From positions 151,273 through 215,272 of the forward strand of contig NW_021831986.1 in assembly GCF_006345805.1 (NCBI RefSeq): a stretch of 64,000 nucleotides of DNA, in the 5' to 3' direction. Position 1 is the stretch's first letter, and each line of letters opens with the position of its first letter. Of the stretch, positions 1 to 11,800 are shown piece by piece. Source of the stretch: Octopus sinensis. Its lineage: Eukaryota. Made by a program: the position numbers and the translations under genes. The notes beneath the pieces were generated by a model. That model saw only the letters and a list, made by a program, of their open reading frames with translations, did no database searches and had not been told where the DNA came from.

Positions 1-2027
1 TCCAGGCCATACTGAGGCCTTTCTTCTTTCTGTGGCTGTCTTCAGTTATGGCTTTATTAATCATTAGTTGATCTTTACAGCCATACGAGCCTTTGCGGCA
101 TCCTTTCTGCTCTTCTGGGAACAGTTTGTTTTCGTCCAGGTGCTTGTTCATCCTTTGTGATATCACTGCAGTAAATGCCTTGAACATAGTAGGGAGGCAG
201 GTTATTGGTCTGTAGTTTTCTGGTTTTTCTGTTTCATTTGATTTAGGAATTAAGATGGTTTTCCCCTTCGTGAGCCATTCAGGCATTGTCTCTGGCTCTG
301 CTAGTACGTTGTTTTCAGCCAGCTTTTTGTGCATTCCTGTTAGATATTTCAACCAGAAGTTGGGGATCTTGTCATGCCCAGGTGCCTTCCAGTTGCTTAG
401 TCTTTGCAGTGCCTGGGTGACCTCTTCAGTTGTTATGTGGGTCCAAGGTTGTTCAGATGCCGAGTTTGTTATTCTGATACTCCTTTTTTTTGGTGGTTCG
501 TTCGCCGACCATATTTCTCCCCAGAATTCTTCCAATTCTTCTGCCGTTGGTGCTGCAGTGACTTCTATTTTATTTTTTCCCAGTTCTTGGTAGAACTTTT
601 TGGGGTTGGAGTTGAACTTTTTGTTTTCTTCAAAGAAGCGTTGGCGTTTCTTGTACCGGCGGATCCTTTGTGCTTTGGCAAGGATATCTTGCTTCAGCTT
701 TTCGTTTATTTCAGGCAAATCTTTCTCTGTGATGTTATATTTGCGGAGTATTTTTGTTCTCTTTTTGTTGCTCAGTAGCGTTGATTGTTTGCTGATTTCA
801 TTAAGAATCGACAGGTCTTTTCTAGTTTTCTTTTTATTTTGCTTTGGATGTTATTTATCCACAGGGTTTGTTTGGGTGGTGGTACTCCTGTTTGGGCGGG
901 TTTGGGTGAGTATCCAGCTTCTTTTGTGGCTGCAGTGGCTGCTGCGTATATTAGGTTATTTAGCACAGTGATATATTTTTTTTTGATTCAGTGGCTATCA
1001 GTTCAGTGACGGCTAGGTTTATGCTGTTTATAATAGGTGTTGTTATTTTGTTTATTTTGATTCTTGGGAGGTATGGTCGGTGGTCCATTTTGAGCTCTGT
1101 GGTTTTCAGTTCTTTGATTATTTTATGTTTTATATTATCATAATCATTAGGCTTCCCTTCGTTGTTTACATCGTGTTTGTTGGGAATGTTGCGTTTGTCT
1201 TCGTGTTATACATTTTCAGTGTTTATATTATTGGGCATTGTTGTGTGGCTTCTATCTACATTTTCCTGGTGTATGTTTTCTTTTAGGTGTTCTATTTCTA
1301 TTTCTGATATTTTTTTTGTGTTGAGAATGTATCTTCGTACCTTAGCTAATTTATTAGGGTTCATTGCTGTATCCAAGTCTATATCTCTATTATTTTCCTT
1401 CCATATTTTATATGTATGTGTTGTTGTATTTTCATTTTTTGGGTAGAGTACTACTGTGCAGTATGCGTGTAAGATAGAAATGTATTCCTCACGTGTCCAT
1501 TTACGTCTTTTGGGTTTTATTTGCGGGACATGAGGTACAACGTCCGGCCCATTATTTTGACGGTCGTCATTTTCGTAGGGTACCGGTCCGTTTATTTCTG
1601 TTGTCACATTATTTCGCACGTGTAGTTTTTCGTACAGTTTTTGTTGTAAGTTTAATGTACGTACCGCTCGATTGTTATTCTTGGGTTGAATAGTATCGGT
1701 GGCATTTAATTTCTTCGTAGTTCCTTTGTACATGGTGTTTGGGGTCGGAGATGATCGTGATGTTCCACGCATGTTTACATGTGTTGCGTTAGAGGCGGAG
1801 ATGATATCGAGTCAAAATACATCATTTCGTTTCGAAAATAGTAATAAATTTCAATTGGTATTACTTACTCGGATACAGTCCAATTCTTTGTTAGTAAAAC
1901 TTTGGCTCCATAGGATGTCCTTGTTTTCGATGTTTGTGGATAGATTTCGGAGCTCTGAATTTTCCTTCTTACATCTTAAACGTCCCCGGTGTTCTCCTTA
2001 CGTCCCCCTGTTCTCCTTACGTCCCCC
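1..2027 (-). mobile_element. R4/Dong-type non-LTR retrotransposon, family A, copy A1 (5' half; RT runs off window start; frameshifted)
   Basis: ORF 1206..1772 has the N-terminal Myb-like block KRRKWTREEY...NPNKLAKVRRYI. Position 1 lies in the RT motif GLSMAW. Nearly identical to 53760-55760. The 5' end abuts (TAA)n. Confidence 0.9.
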
Positions 2028-2054
2028 TTATTATTATTATTATTATTATTATTA

Positions 2055-2091
<37 letters not shown>

Positions 2092-2341
2092 ATTATTATT
2101 ATTAATATTATTATTATTATTATCGTCATTATTATCATTATTATCATTATTATTATTATTATTGTTATTTTTAATATTATTATCATTATTATTATTATTA
2201 TTATTATTATTGTTATTATTGTTGTTATTATCGTTATTGTTATTTTTATTATTATTTTTATAGTTGTTTTTCTTGTTATTATTATTATTATTATTATCAT
2301 TATCATTACCATTATCATTATCATTTTTATTATCAATATCA

Positions 2342-2373
<32 letters not shown>
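2028..2373. repeat. Degenerate (ATT)n microsatellite
   Basis: Direct triplet repeat between A1 and the family C stub. Confidence 0.95.
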
Positions 2374-2610
2374 CTATGTTCGACTTTTGGTTTATATTTG
2401 TACAAGTTGGCTCCAAGTCTCTCCCAGAGACCTCAAGAGACAACAGGGTTGGAAGTTCATGTTGTTGTTATGCCTAGTGTGCCATATATTTGGGGGGTGG
2501 GGATGTTGTACTAATGAATGTCTAAAAAAAGGTTTTTTTTTTGTTTTTTTTTTAAACCGAAAATTATGTTTGTTTTAAACCTTGAGATTACATAGAGAGT
2601 ATTTTGCGTA
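2374..2610 (-). mobile_element. Family C 3'-end stub (last codons plus 3' UTR), strongly 5'-truncated
   Basis: Encodes RKILSM*. The UTR matches the reverse complement of about 57140-57375. ATT repeats on both sides. Confidence 0.88.
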
Positions 2611-2639
2611 TTATTATTATTATATTATTATTATTATTA

Positions 2640-2678
<39 letters not shown>

Positions 2679-2785
2679 TTTATCATTACTATTATTATTA
2701 TTTTTACTATTATTATTATTGTTGTTGTTATTATTATTATTATAACTATTATTATTGCTATTATTATTATCATCATCATTTTGAA

Positions 2786-2834
2786 CATGGTGATCTGGTG
2801 GAATCGTTAGCACGCAGGCGAAGTGATTAGCTGC
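2786..2834 (+). mobile_element. Possible degraded tRNA-derived SINE head
   Basis: TGGTGGAATCGTTAGCACG...GCGAA is A-box-like and resembles octopus SINE heads as I recall them. No clear B box. Recognition only. Confidence 0.3.
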
Positions 2835-3068
2835 AACTGCATTTCACTCATAACTACATGCTGAATTAAAATTCTTGTACGTATGAGATGAGTGTCTGCG
2901 TAGCATGTGGGTTGATGTGATCTAATTGCCCCTCTGCACATTTTCAGGCCTTTTGCCTAGTCTACAAACGATTATTAATTGATTGATTGATTGATTGATT
3001 CTAATTTCAGCTTATGAGCTGTGGCCATGCTGGGGCACCGCCAGTTGGTGTTGCTACTTGGTTTCACT

Positions 3069-6000
3069 TCATGGAGGCTTTCTAGCAACTGCTATTTGGT
3101 GCATGAGAGAGTTCGATGCAGCTGCCCTCATCTGCCCCTCCAGTCGTGAAGTTGGTTCATCTGGGACACCTGACAGGAAGAGATCCAGCTTCATTTTAAA
3201 GACATCTGTATCCACCCCATGCAGGTCTCTCAGGTTCTTCGGGAGGATATTGAAGAGCTGTGGGCCTCGGAAGCCCAGGCTATCACAGAATCTTGTCCTA
3301 CATCTTGATGGCAGGTTTGGAGTCCTAGGCACCACGCAGTGGCGCCCAGTTCTGGCATTTGCGTAACTCTCGATGCCAAAGTTCAGGACACTTCCCTCCA
3401 GGATCTTCCAGATGTATATTATGGCATATCTTTCCCGCCTACGCTCCAGGGAATATAATTTTAATCTCTTGAGTCTTTCCCAGTAGCTTACATTCTGCAT
3501 AGAGGCTATCTTCTTCGTGTAGCTTCGTTGGATCGCCTCAAGTTCTGTGATCAACTTGACACTGGATGGTGACCATAGCTGAGAGCAATAGTCAAAGTGG
3601 CTTAGGACAAGTGTCTTCCAGAGGACCATCATGGTTTCTTGTTCTCTTGTTCTAAAGGTTCTAAGAATCCATCCATCCAGCCGTCTACATTTCATTGTCA
3701 GTTTAGCAACATGTACATGAAAGGTCGCGTCATCACTCATGTGAATACCCAGGTCACGCACTGATTGTGCCTCTGGGATCGCAATCCCTCCGGGTCCAGT
3801 GTATTCATTGGGTATTGCATTTAGTTTTGCATGCTGATAGTATAAAGCTTGAAACTTTCCAGCATTGAACTGCATGCTATTATTTTCAGCCCACTTGTAT
3901 ATTTCGTCCAGCTCACATTGCAGGTGTTTAGTGTCCTCAGGGTTCTGTATTGTCTGTGAAACTTTTGTATCATCTGCATAACTTGTGATCGTGGCTCTCT
4001 GCGTGGCTGAGGGCATGTCTGAGAGGGCCATTATGAACAGTAGTGGTCCCAGAACAGTGCCCTGCGGAACACCGCTCACTATTTGTGTGTTAATGGAGGT
4101 GGCCCCATTGGCTACTACCACCTGACTTCTATCCTTCAGAAAGTCATGAAGCCATTCTCCCAGTTTTCCAACTATGTTGAGATCACGCAGTTTGTGACAT
4201 ATCATTCCATGATCGACTTTATCAAAGGCCTTTGCAAAGTCGAGATATATCACTTCCACATTTGAGTGGTTGAGCAGCCGTTTCAGCACCCAGTCATAGT
4301 GTTGTAGGAGCTGAGTTAAACAGCTTCTCCCTGGTCGGAAACCATGTTGGGTGTCGGGCAGCAAGTCATTCTCTTCAAGGAAGGTGATCAGCTTCTTTCT
4401 GACTATTCGTTCCATGACCTTGCTGATGTGTGAGGTCAGAGAGATAGGTCTATAGTTCTTGGCTTCCGCTCTGCTACCTCCTTTATGAATGGGGCATATT
4501 TTACCTTCCTTCAGTTTTCCTGGAAGTTTGCCAGCTGCAAGGAAGCTCTGAAAGAGGAACTGCAGTGGTCTTGCTAGGACTCTCTTACATGCTTTTAGGA
4601 GGATTGCCGGGAATCCATCGGGGCCAGTAGCTGAGTCTGTTTTCATTTCATCTATAGCCTTGGTTACATCGTCTTCCTTTATATCGATGTAATCTATCGT
4701 CGCCGCCTCTGATTTTATATCTGCAGTGGTAAAAAAGTCAGTTGGATTGGTGATTTGGAGATGCCCAAGGGGTGGAGTGAAAACACTCTTGAATTGCTCA
4801 TTCAGTATTTCACTTACCCTCATTGGTTTTCCTGTAAGTGTGCCATCCTTTTCGAGGAGTGGCCCTATTCTACAGTGCACTGTAGCTGTTTCTTTGGCAT
4901 ACCTGTAGAAAGCTCTGGGGTTAGATTTTATGTTTTCTATAGCCCAGGCTTCTTTGTCTGCTCTTTCTTTTTCATGGGAGAGTTGCAGACATTTTTCGAT
5001 TTCCAACAGTTTTATTTTTAGGCGGGACTTTTCACTGCTTTCAATCTGTTTGTTTAGGCGATTTGAAAATTTCGTACGCCGTCTCATTAAAATTTTCCTC
5101 TCTCTGGGGATTTTGTTCTTGTGTACAGTGGCCTTTCTCTCTGGGACACATTTGTAGCATATGGCTTGCATTACAGACATGAATTGTTGAAGTTTCACGT
5201 CGATGTCTGGCGAGGAGAGACATTTAGGCCAGTTTTGTTTGAGGATCTCTTTCTCAATTTGTTTCCAGTTTGCCTTATGGTAGTTCAAGCTGGAAAGATT
5301 TTGAGGGTTTCTTGTAGGCTGCATGTCCGTGCTCTCTTTTGGCCCGTACATGGTCAGCTCTATCATGTTGTGATCCGAGAGTAGTGTCGGTGTCACTTTC
5401 ACATTATGGATGAGATCCATGTCATTTGTGAAGCAGAGATCCAGTGTGTTACCTGCCCTGGTTGGTTGGAGTATTACCTGCTCCATGTACAGGGTGTTGA
5501 TGAGGTTCAGGAGGGACCTCGCCTGTCCTCGTTCACATCTTGTCATTCCTGGGAGAGAAAGGCCCTCGGGCCATCTGACATTGGGCAGATTGAAGTCTCC
5601 CATAAGAAGCACACCTATGTGTTGTTCTAATGTGGTTAGAATTTCTTCTATTTTTATAAGGCAGTCTTCAAACTTGCCCACATGGCTTGGGGCATCTGGA
5701 GGGCGATATGTAGCACACACAACTACATCAAGTTGCCTAATATGTACAATTAGTGTGTCACACACCGAGTTTGAGTATGACAAGAGGACCTGGGGTGTGA
5801 GGTCCTCACGGATGTACATAGCAACACCTCCATGACTCCTTTCTTTCCTGTCGGTCCGTAGTACAGCATACTGTGGTATGTGTAACTCCGCATCTGCTAT
5901 GTCCGGTTTCAGGTGCGTTTCCGTAAGTGCTATGCATAAGGCTTGATTGCATGCAACAAAGTCTCTCAGGAACGGGATCTTTGTCCTGTTACTGAGTGTT

Positions 6001-6173
6001 TGCAGTCCTCTGATGTTCAGTAGGAGCATCGAGGTGAGGTGTACGTTGTTGCCGGCGGTGTCCATCCTGTGTCTGTTTGCTGTGGTGGTCTGGTATATAG
6101 TGGGTAGTCCCACCTGCGGGCTTGGGTTTGATGAAGCCAGGTCAGCTGCTGTACAATCTTTTGTGCCATGCAC
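3069..6173 (-). CDS. LINE D ORF2: AP endonuclease plus reverse transcriptase, uninterrupted 1034 aa
   Basis: APE motifs NIRGL, LTET, YRPP, GDFN, LDL, SDH. RT motifs YLDFAKAFDKV, GVPQGTVLGPLLF, YADD. CR1-group C-terminus SLERRRERY. Confidence 0.95.
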   Translation of the reverse strand: MHGTKDCTAADLASSNPSPQVGLPTIYQTTTANRHRMDTAGNNVHLTSMLLLNIRGLQTLSNRTKIPFLRDFVACNQALCIALTETHLKPDIADAELHIPQYAVLRTDRKERSHGGVAMYIREDLTPQVLLSYSNSVCDTLIVHIRQLDVVVCATYRPPDAPSHVGKFEDCLIKIEEILTTLEQHIGVLLMGDFNLPNVRWPEGLSLPGMTRCERGQARSLLNLINTLYMEQVILQPTRAGNTLDLCFTNDMDLIHNVKVTPTLLSDHNMIELTMYGPKESTDMQPTRNPQNLSSLNYHKANWKQIEKEILKQNWPKCLSSPDIDVKLQQFMSVMQAICYKCVPERKATVHKNKIPRERKILMRRRTKFSNRLNKQIESSEKSRLKIKLLEIEKCLQLSHEKERADKEAWAIENIKSNPRAFYRYAKETATVHCRIGPLLEKDGTLTGKPMRVSEILNEQFKSVFTPPLGHLQITNPTDFFTTADIKSEAATIDYIDIKEDDVTKAIDEMKTDSATGPDGFPAILLKACKRVLARPLQFLFQSFLAAGKLPGKLKEGKICPIHKGGSRAEAKNYRPISLTSHISKVMERIVRKKLITFLEENDLLPDTQHGFRPGRSCLTQLLQHYDWVLKRLLNHSNVEVIYLDFAKAFDKVDHGMICHKLRDLNIVGKLGEWLHDFLKDRSQVVVANGATSINTQIVSGVPQGTVLGPLLFIMALSDMPSATQRATITSYADDTKVSQTIQNPEDTKHLQCELDEIYKWAENNSMQFNAGKFQALYYQHAKLNAIPNEYTGPGGIAIPEAQSVRDLGIHMSDDATFHVHVAKLTMKCRRLDGWILRTFRTREQETMMVLWKTLVLSHFDYCSQLWSPSSVKLITELEAIQRSYTKKIASMQNVSYWERLKRLKLYSLERRRERYAIIYIWKILEGSVLNFGIESYANARTGRHCVVPRTPNLPSRCRTRFCDSLGFRGPQLFNILPKNLRDLHGVDTDVFKMKLDLFLSGVPDEPTSRLEGQMRAAASNSLMHQIAVARKPP

Positions 6174-6927
6174 AAAAAAGATTGTTGCTCAGCAGCTGCT
6201 CTTTCGACAACATCATGTTGGCGGTTTGTGGCGCGCACAACATCTGCGTACCTCCGCTTTGGGGCAGGTGGTGCGTGGTCCATCCCTTTTCTTTGTGTTG
6301 ATGGTTTGTCCATCTGCCTCGTGTCTCTGTGGCAGGGTCCCCGATGTGCAAAGCGGCAGCCTGCACCTTCCTTTCCATGCCAGCAGGAACCTCTCAGGTA
6401 GAACATACACACCGTGTGCGCTGTTTGGTTCCATCCTTTGCGGTTCCACTTCTATTCCTGGTTGTTTCACCCTTTGGTCCTGCTTGAGCTTTTTCTTTTC
6501 CTTTAGCTCTTCCAGTCCTTCTTTTAGTTCTTCTTCCTCCCTCTACCTCTTCACCGGGTTCTCCGTCTCCATGGCCCTTGCTGCCGGTTGGAGAACTTGC
6601 ACCTGGGTTCACTTCCCGGGCAGGTTTCTCATTCAAAACCTCCTCCCGGGCGTCCACCAGGTGGGGGTGACTTCTTTCATCGTCTCCATTCTTGCCATCT
6701 TTGCCCCGCTCGTTCTCAAAGATGGCATCAAGTGCGCCAATGTGCGACCGTACAAGCGCATATGAGCGCACGAATTCCTGTCTCTTTCGCTCCATCTGAG
6801 CCGCTGTCCTCTTGTAGCCTCTGCTCTTCAGCGCAGCCGCAATCACCTCGCTAGGACTATCTCCGCCGGCGCACTCCCATGCTTGTACGAATAAATCCAG
6901 CTCGTCAGGTCTCCATGCTCTGGACAT
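6017..6927 (-). CDS. LINE D ORF1, split by one frameshift near 6400-6450: Myb/SANT-like N-terminus plus CCCH zinc finger
   Basis: 6394..6927 begins WRPDELDLFVQAW...LKSRGYKRTAAQMERKRQEF. 6017..6412 begins CMFYLRGSCWHGKEGAGCRFAH (C-x7-C-x8-C-x3-H). Confidence 0.65.
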
Positions 6928-6984
6928 GCTGGATAATCCGTCTATCCGTTTATCTATCTAATTATGTTCGAGAGAAGACAGGAA

Positions 6985-8440
6985 GATATTAAGGCTAATT
7001 AGAAGATAGAGTACTCGAAGAAGAAATATTAACAATATTAAAGTTTGTGGGTAAAAACGTTATTTAATCTTAAGGCTAATTAGGGGATAGAGTATCTGAA
7101 AATGTATTAGCAATATTAATATTATATTAGAGTGTGGGTAAAAACGTTGTTTAATCTTAAGGCTAATTAGGAGATAGAGTATCTGAAAATATATTAGCAA
7201 TATTAATATTATATTAGAGTGTGGGTAAAAACGTTATTTAATCTTAAGACTAATTAGGAGATAGAGTATCTGAAAATATATTAGCAATATTAATATTATA
7301 TTAGAGTGTGGGTAAAAACGTTATTTAATCTTAAGACTAATTAGGAGATAGAGTATCTGAAAATATATTAGCAATATTAATATTATATTAGAGTGTGGGT
7401 AATATTAAACGTTATTTAATTTAATCTTAAGGCTAATTAGAAGATAGAGTATCTGAAAAATTATTAACAATATTAAAACAATATTAAACGTTATTTAATT
7501 TAATCTTAAGGCTAATTAACAATAATTATTAACAATATTAAACAATATTAAACGTTATTTAATTTAATCCTAAGGCTAATTAGACGTTATTAATATTAAA
7601 CGTTATTTAATTTAATCTTAAGGCTAATTAGAAGATAGAGTATCTGAAAAATTATTATATCGAGAACAGATATTGAAAATGTAAACAAACAAAAATTATA
7701 TTAGAGTGTGGGTAATATTAAACGTTATTTAATTTAATCTTAAGGCTAATTAGAAGATAGAGTATCTGAAAAATTATTAACAATATTAAAACAATATTAA
7801 ACGTTATTTAATTTAATCTTAAGGCTAATTAACAATAATTATTAACAATATTAAACAATATTAAACGTTATTTAATTTAATCCTAAGGCTAATTAGACGT
7901 TATCAATATTAAACGTTATTTAATTTAATCTTAAGGCTAATTAGAAGATAGAGTATCGGAAAAATTATTATATCGAGAACAGATATTGAAAATGTAAACA
8001 AACAAAAATTATATTAGAGTGTGGGTAATATTAAACGTTATTTAATTTAATCTTAAGGCAAATTAGAAGATAGAGTATCTGAAAAATTATTAACAATATT
8101 AAACAATATCAAACGTTATTTAATTTAATCTTAAGGCTAATTAACAATAATTATTAACAATATTAAACAATATTAAACGTTATTTAATTTAATCTTAAGG
8201 CTAATTAGACGTTATCAATATTAAACGTTATTTAATTTAATCTTAAGGCTAATTAGAAGATAGAGTATCTGAAAAATTATTATATCGAGAACAGATATTG
8301 AAAATGTAAACAAACAAAAATTATATTAGAGTGTGGGTAATATTAAACGTTATTTAATTTAATCTTAAGGCTAATTAGAAGATAGAGTATCTGAAAAATT
8401 ATTATATCGAGAACAGATATTGAAAATGTAAACAAACAAA
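6985..8440. repeat. Modular tandem array: about four 87-bp units, then three 312-313-bp higher-order units and a partial unit
   Basis: AGTGTGGGTA recurs at 7131, 7218, 7305 and 7392 (period 87), then at 7705, 8018 and 8330 (periods 313, 313, 312). Confidence 0.92.
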
Positions 8441-8464
8441 ATGGCGATCGCAACTTTAACTAAG
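8438..8464 (-). promoter_or_regulatory. Putative LINE internal promoter start: Inr-like TTAGTT plus YY1-type CGCCATTTT
   Basis: The minus strand reads TTAGTTAAAGTTGCGATCGCCATTTTG at the distal edge of the array. Motif match only. Confidence 0.4.
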
Positions 8465-8880
8465 ATGTGGGCCTAAGTGAAGGATAAAATAGAATAATAA
8501 ACAAAATATGAAATAGATGAAAGTGATACTTAATCCAACAATGTGGTCTGGATTTTTTTTGGGTTTACGGGATTTTTTTTTTTCAGGAGAGATGCTTCTT
8601 TTTTTCTTTCTAACAGGAGATAACTTGATTCAGTTATTTTTGCACCATGTGCGTTTCGGCGAAAATGAAAATTACTGTGTATATGTATATATTTATATAT
8701 ATATATTTTTAAATATTTTTAACCAAAGGGTTGTAGTGATCTCTATGACTTAGAGTTTTACGTTTTGCAACTACAGTGGGTTATTTCGCCGATCTATGCA
8801 GACTTTTTCACAGAGAAGAGGCAATACGTCTCTCTCTGTTGAAAACGGAACCGGATAATATTGTTATTATTATTGTTATA

Positions 8881-11800
8881 CTATGTTTGACTTTTGCTTT
8901 ATGTCTGTACAATTTGGCTCCTAGTGAATGTCTAATACATAAAAATATAAAAAATAAAAAATATAAAAATAAAAAAAAAGTTTGTTTTAAACCTTGGGAT
9001 TACATAGAGAGTATTTTGCGTAGGATATGAGCAGTTCCCATGAGCACTATCTTTTGAATTTCTGCCATTTTGGGGTTTCCTGGTATCTGAGTTAGGTAGC
9101 AATGAGTCCCTTTCGCTATCATTCCCAGGGCACCTATGACAACAGGTATTGTTTTAGTCTTCAGCTTCCACATTTTGCTGATTTCTATTTCAAGATCTTT
9201 ATATTTGCTCAGTTTTTGGTAGGTCTTGACAGACACGTTTATATCGATTGGGACAGTCATATCAATGAGGAGGCATGTTCTTTGTCTGATGTCTTTCAAT
9301 ATGATGTCTGGTCTATTTGCATCTATCTTCCTGTCAGTTTGAATGGTGAAGTTCCAGAGGAGTGAGATGTGGTCATTTTCAAGCACTGGAGGTGGATTGT
9401 GTTCCCACCAGGTTTTTTCATGGGGCAAATCCAGGTTTTTGCAAATTACCCAGTGAATATATTGTGCAGCTCTATCATGCCTGTTGAAGTACTCTGTAGG
9501 TGCTAGAAGACTGCATTTGGAGACAACATGATCAATGGTTTCATTTTGTTGCCGGCATACACGACATGTTGGGCCACTGTCGTTCTTTAATATGTTGGCC
9601 TGGTAGTTTCTTGTTGGTAGGCATTGATCTTGAGCTGCTATGATAAACCCCTCTGTTTCAGATTTTAAGCCAGAGGCCATTAGCCATTGATGGGTCAGGG
9701 CTTTGTCAATATCTACATTATACGCTCTCTTTGGGTATTTGCCATTGAGTGGTTTTTCTTGCATTTATTATTCAGAATATCTAAAGCCGCAGTTTCGGCA
9801 CGGGTTTTCATGCACCTAGCTTTTTCTGTGCTTTTTTCTTGTATGTCTATCTCTAATTCCGAAATTGGCTGTATTCGGAATTCACTTAGATATTCCTTTG
9901 CCTGTTTTGTAACTGGGTATGATGCTTTCTTGTTTTCATGTTTTGAGACAAGTTTTAACATCCAGTCCTCAGAGTTTTTCAGGTAGGTGTCTAGGCCATT
10001 TGTAGAAATCTTTATTGTTATTGCCAGTTGCAAAAGACCACGGCCTCCCTCTTTTCTTGGCAGATAAAGTCGTTCTGTATATGCCTTAGGGTGGTGCATT
10101 CTATGCATTGTCAACAGTTTCCTTATTTTTCTGTCGAGCTGACATATTTCAGTAATTGACCAGTTAACGACATTGAAACTGTAAGTCACGACTGGTATGG
10201 CTAATGTATTGATCGCTTCGATCCTGTTTCTTGCATTCAGCTCTGTCTTGAGTATTGCTCTCACTCTTCGATAGCATTCTCTCCTGATCCTTTCCTTCAT
10301 CTCTGAATGCCTTATTCCGTTCCCTTCAATTACACCTAGGTACTTGTAGCTCTCCGCTGGGTCTAGTTCTTTTATGACATTCTGCTGGTCAAGGTTAACG
10401 TTAGATGTTTCTGTCATTTTTCCTTTGATAAAGGTAGCTTTTGCACATTTATCGAGGCCGAATTGCATTCTGATGTCGTCACTGAATTGTTTGACAATCG
10501 CAGGTAAGCCCTTGAGTTGTTGGTCATTTTTTGCAAAGAGCTTTAAATCATCCATGTAAATGAGATGTTTTATATTTTTATCAAACATTTTATACCCGTA
10601 CTGCACGTCATTGACCAGTCTTGAGAGAGGTATTAAGGATAAACAAATGAGGTGTGGTGACAGTGAGTCACCCTGGAAAATGCCACACGAAATTTTTACA
10701 TCACCAGTATTTAGGGATTCATTGTCACTGTTCAGAGTTAGTGTGGTTCTCCACGATCTCATACTTACAGTCAAGAAGTTTCGCAGAGTAGGTGCTATCT
10801 AATACATTTCCAGGCATTTCCTAATTCAGCTATGTGGTAGGCTATCAAAAGTCTTTTTATAGTCTATCCAGGCTATTGATAAGTTTTTGTGTCGTTTGTG
10901 ACAATCTTCTAAGATCATCTTATTGATGAGTAGTTGAACTTTACAGCCGTAGGATCCACACTTACATCCTTTCTGTTCATTAGGGAATATGCTGCTGTCT
11001 GTTAAAAAACTATAGGTATATTCCGTCAGGACAGATGTTAGTGTTTTGTTAAGCAAGTTATGAGTCTATAGTCTTTTGGCTCATTTGTTTCTTCACTTTT
11101 TGGAAGCAGGAATGTTAACCCATTAACTAGCCAAGGAGGCATCATACTAGGGTGTTGCAAAACATCATTGTACAGTTCTGTTAGCAGTTTATGGCTCTCT
11201 GGGAAGGCATTCAGCTAGAAGTTAGGAATTGTATCCTTTCCTGGAGACTTCCATTTGCTTGACCTCCTGAGAGCAGATCTTATATCTTCTACCTTGACAC
11301 CCTCCCACTTTTTCTCTTTTAAGGGATCCAGTTCTGTCGATATTCTGTCAATCGAGGGGGCCTTTTCGTTGTGTGTTTTTTCTTCTGCCCAAATTTTATT
11401 CCAAAATTCCTCCACTACTTCTTTTGATGGTACAGACCTTGCAGTAAACGCTGTTTATCCTATCTTCCTGTAAAAATTCTTGGGGTTATTTTTGAACATG
11501 TTGTCCTTGAAAAATCTCACACGCTTTTCATACCTCGCTATGCGGGCAGCTTTGGCAGATACCTTTTGTTTGATGGTTTCTATGGTGGCATCAATATCAA
11601 GTATAGTTTTCATATTGTATTTTTTCAGCAATTTTGGGGGTTTTTGTAGGTTTGGTAGTCTTGTGAGCCTTCAGGTTTTTCAAATATTCAATGTCAGATC
11701 TAAATAGCTTAATTTGTTGTTGCAGACGCTCTTGCCAAGAAGGCTTTTTGTGGGAATACTGTCGTTTTCTAATCTTTACACCACATAGGATCGTTGAGAT

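Larger units (their letters stand above)
2978..8464 (-). mobile_element. Probably full-length APE-type LINE of the CR1/L2 group (LINE D)
   Basis: ORF1 and ORF2 present. The 3' tail is (TCAA)x5 at 2978-3000. The proposed 5' end near 8464 has TTAGTT followed by CGCCATTTT. No TSD found, so the 5' boundary is inferred. Confidence 0.8.

Noticed and set aside
255-1693. Plus-strand ORFs over family A, repeated at 39.2-40.1 kb and 54.0-55.8 kb
   Set aside because: Antisense shadows of the element ORF. They recur only because the element recurs, and their lengths vary between copies.
5947-6765. 272-aa plus-strand ORF
   Set aside because: Antisense to LINE D ORF1, with no recognisable motif. The Ser/Phe run mirrors the purine-rich linker.
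8570-8620. Polypyrimidine-AG motifs as host splice acceptors
   Set aside because: No donor sites or coherent exon frame found, so a host gene is unsupported.
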